Assembly (NCBI RefSeq): GCF_004010195.1
Contig: NC_057719.1
Span: forward strand, 11,222,507-11,286,506
Length of the DNA: 64,000 nucleotides
Reading direction: 5' to 3'
Origin: Chiloscyllium plagiosum
Taxonomy: Eukaryota
Shown: in pieces, positions 63,899 through 64,000 of the stretch
Numbering within the stretch: position 1 is the first letter of the stretch
Layout: the number at the start of each line of letters is the position of its first letter
Notes under the pieces: generated by a model
Databases searched by the model: none
Told to the model about the DNA's origin: nothing
Seen by the model: only the letters and a program-made list of their open reading frames with translations
Position numbers and translations under genes: made by a program

Positions 63899-64000
63899 CC
63901 TCCCCCTGCCACCATGGAGTCCAGATCTTCACAGATTGTCATAAAAGTCCATCAAATTCTCTAATGTCTTTTAGGGAAAGAAATCTGTTGTCTTTACCTG

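Noticed and set aside
512..63944. Most ORFs in the supplied track as protein-coding genes
   Set aside because: They are fragments or antisense frames of CR1, Rex1, SINE or PLE repeats (e.g. the recurring MVAQWLALLPH and GCCLTCCAFP peptides), or short chance ORFs with alternative starts.
63723..63944. Poly-proline ORF, and poly-Gly stretches at 39711 and 59415
   Set aside because: These come from C/G homopolymer runs, whose lengths may also be unreliable in the assembly.

Overview
This is repeat-dense, non-coding vertebrate DNA. The repeat families (an HE1-like V-SINE with its CR1/HER1-like LINE partner, and a SacSINE1-like DeuSINE) point to a cartilaginous fish, probably a shark. No intact protein-coding gene can be supported, and most recognisable ORFs in the track are fragments of decayed retroelements. 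These include many CR1 LINEs (one nearly full length, with an SGNH-esterase ORF1), a Rex1/Babar LINE, a fragmented Penelope-like (PLE) reverse transcriptase, a Vingi-like LINE end, L2 remnants, solo-LTR-like sequences and several SINE families. The most notable structure is a set of about 15 short (about 100-280 bp) non-coding insertions in three related families. Many are fold-back palindromes flanked by target-site duplications (TSDs) of very variable length (11-185 bp). They carry minimal type I hammerhead ribozyme motifs (CTGANGA-stem II-GAAA-NN-TH) of the kind known from Penelope-like elements, and the palindrome axis sits at the ribozyme. Also notable are four local templated duplications of 185-276 bp at retroelement junctions, a tRNA-Leu(UAA)/SINE chimera, and an intron-retaining tRNA-Pro(UGG) pseudogene. 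Family names come from recalled motifs rather than database searches, and most repeat boundaries are approximate (about +/-20 bp).
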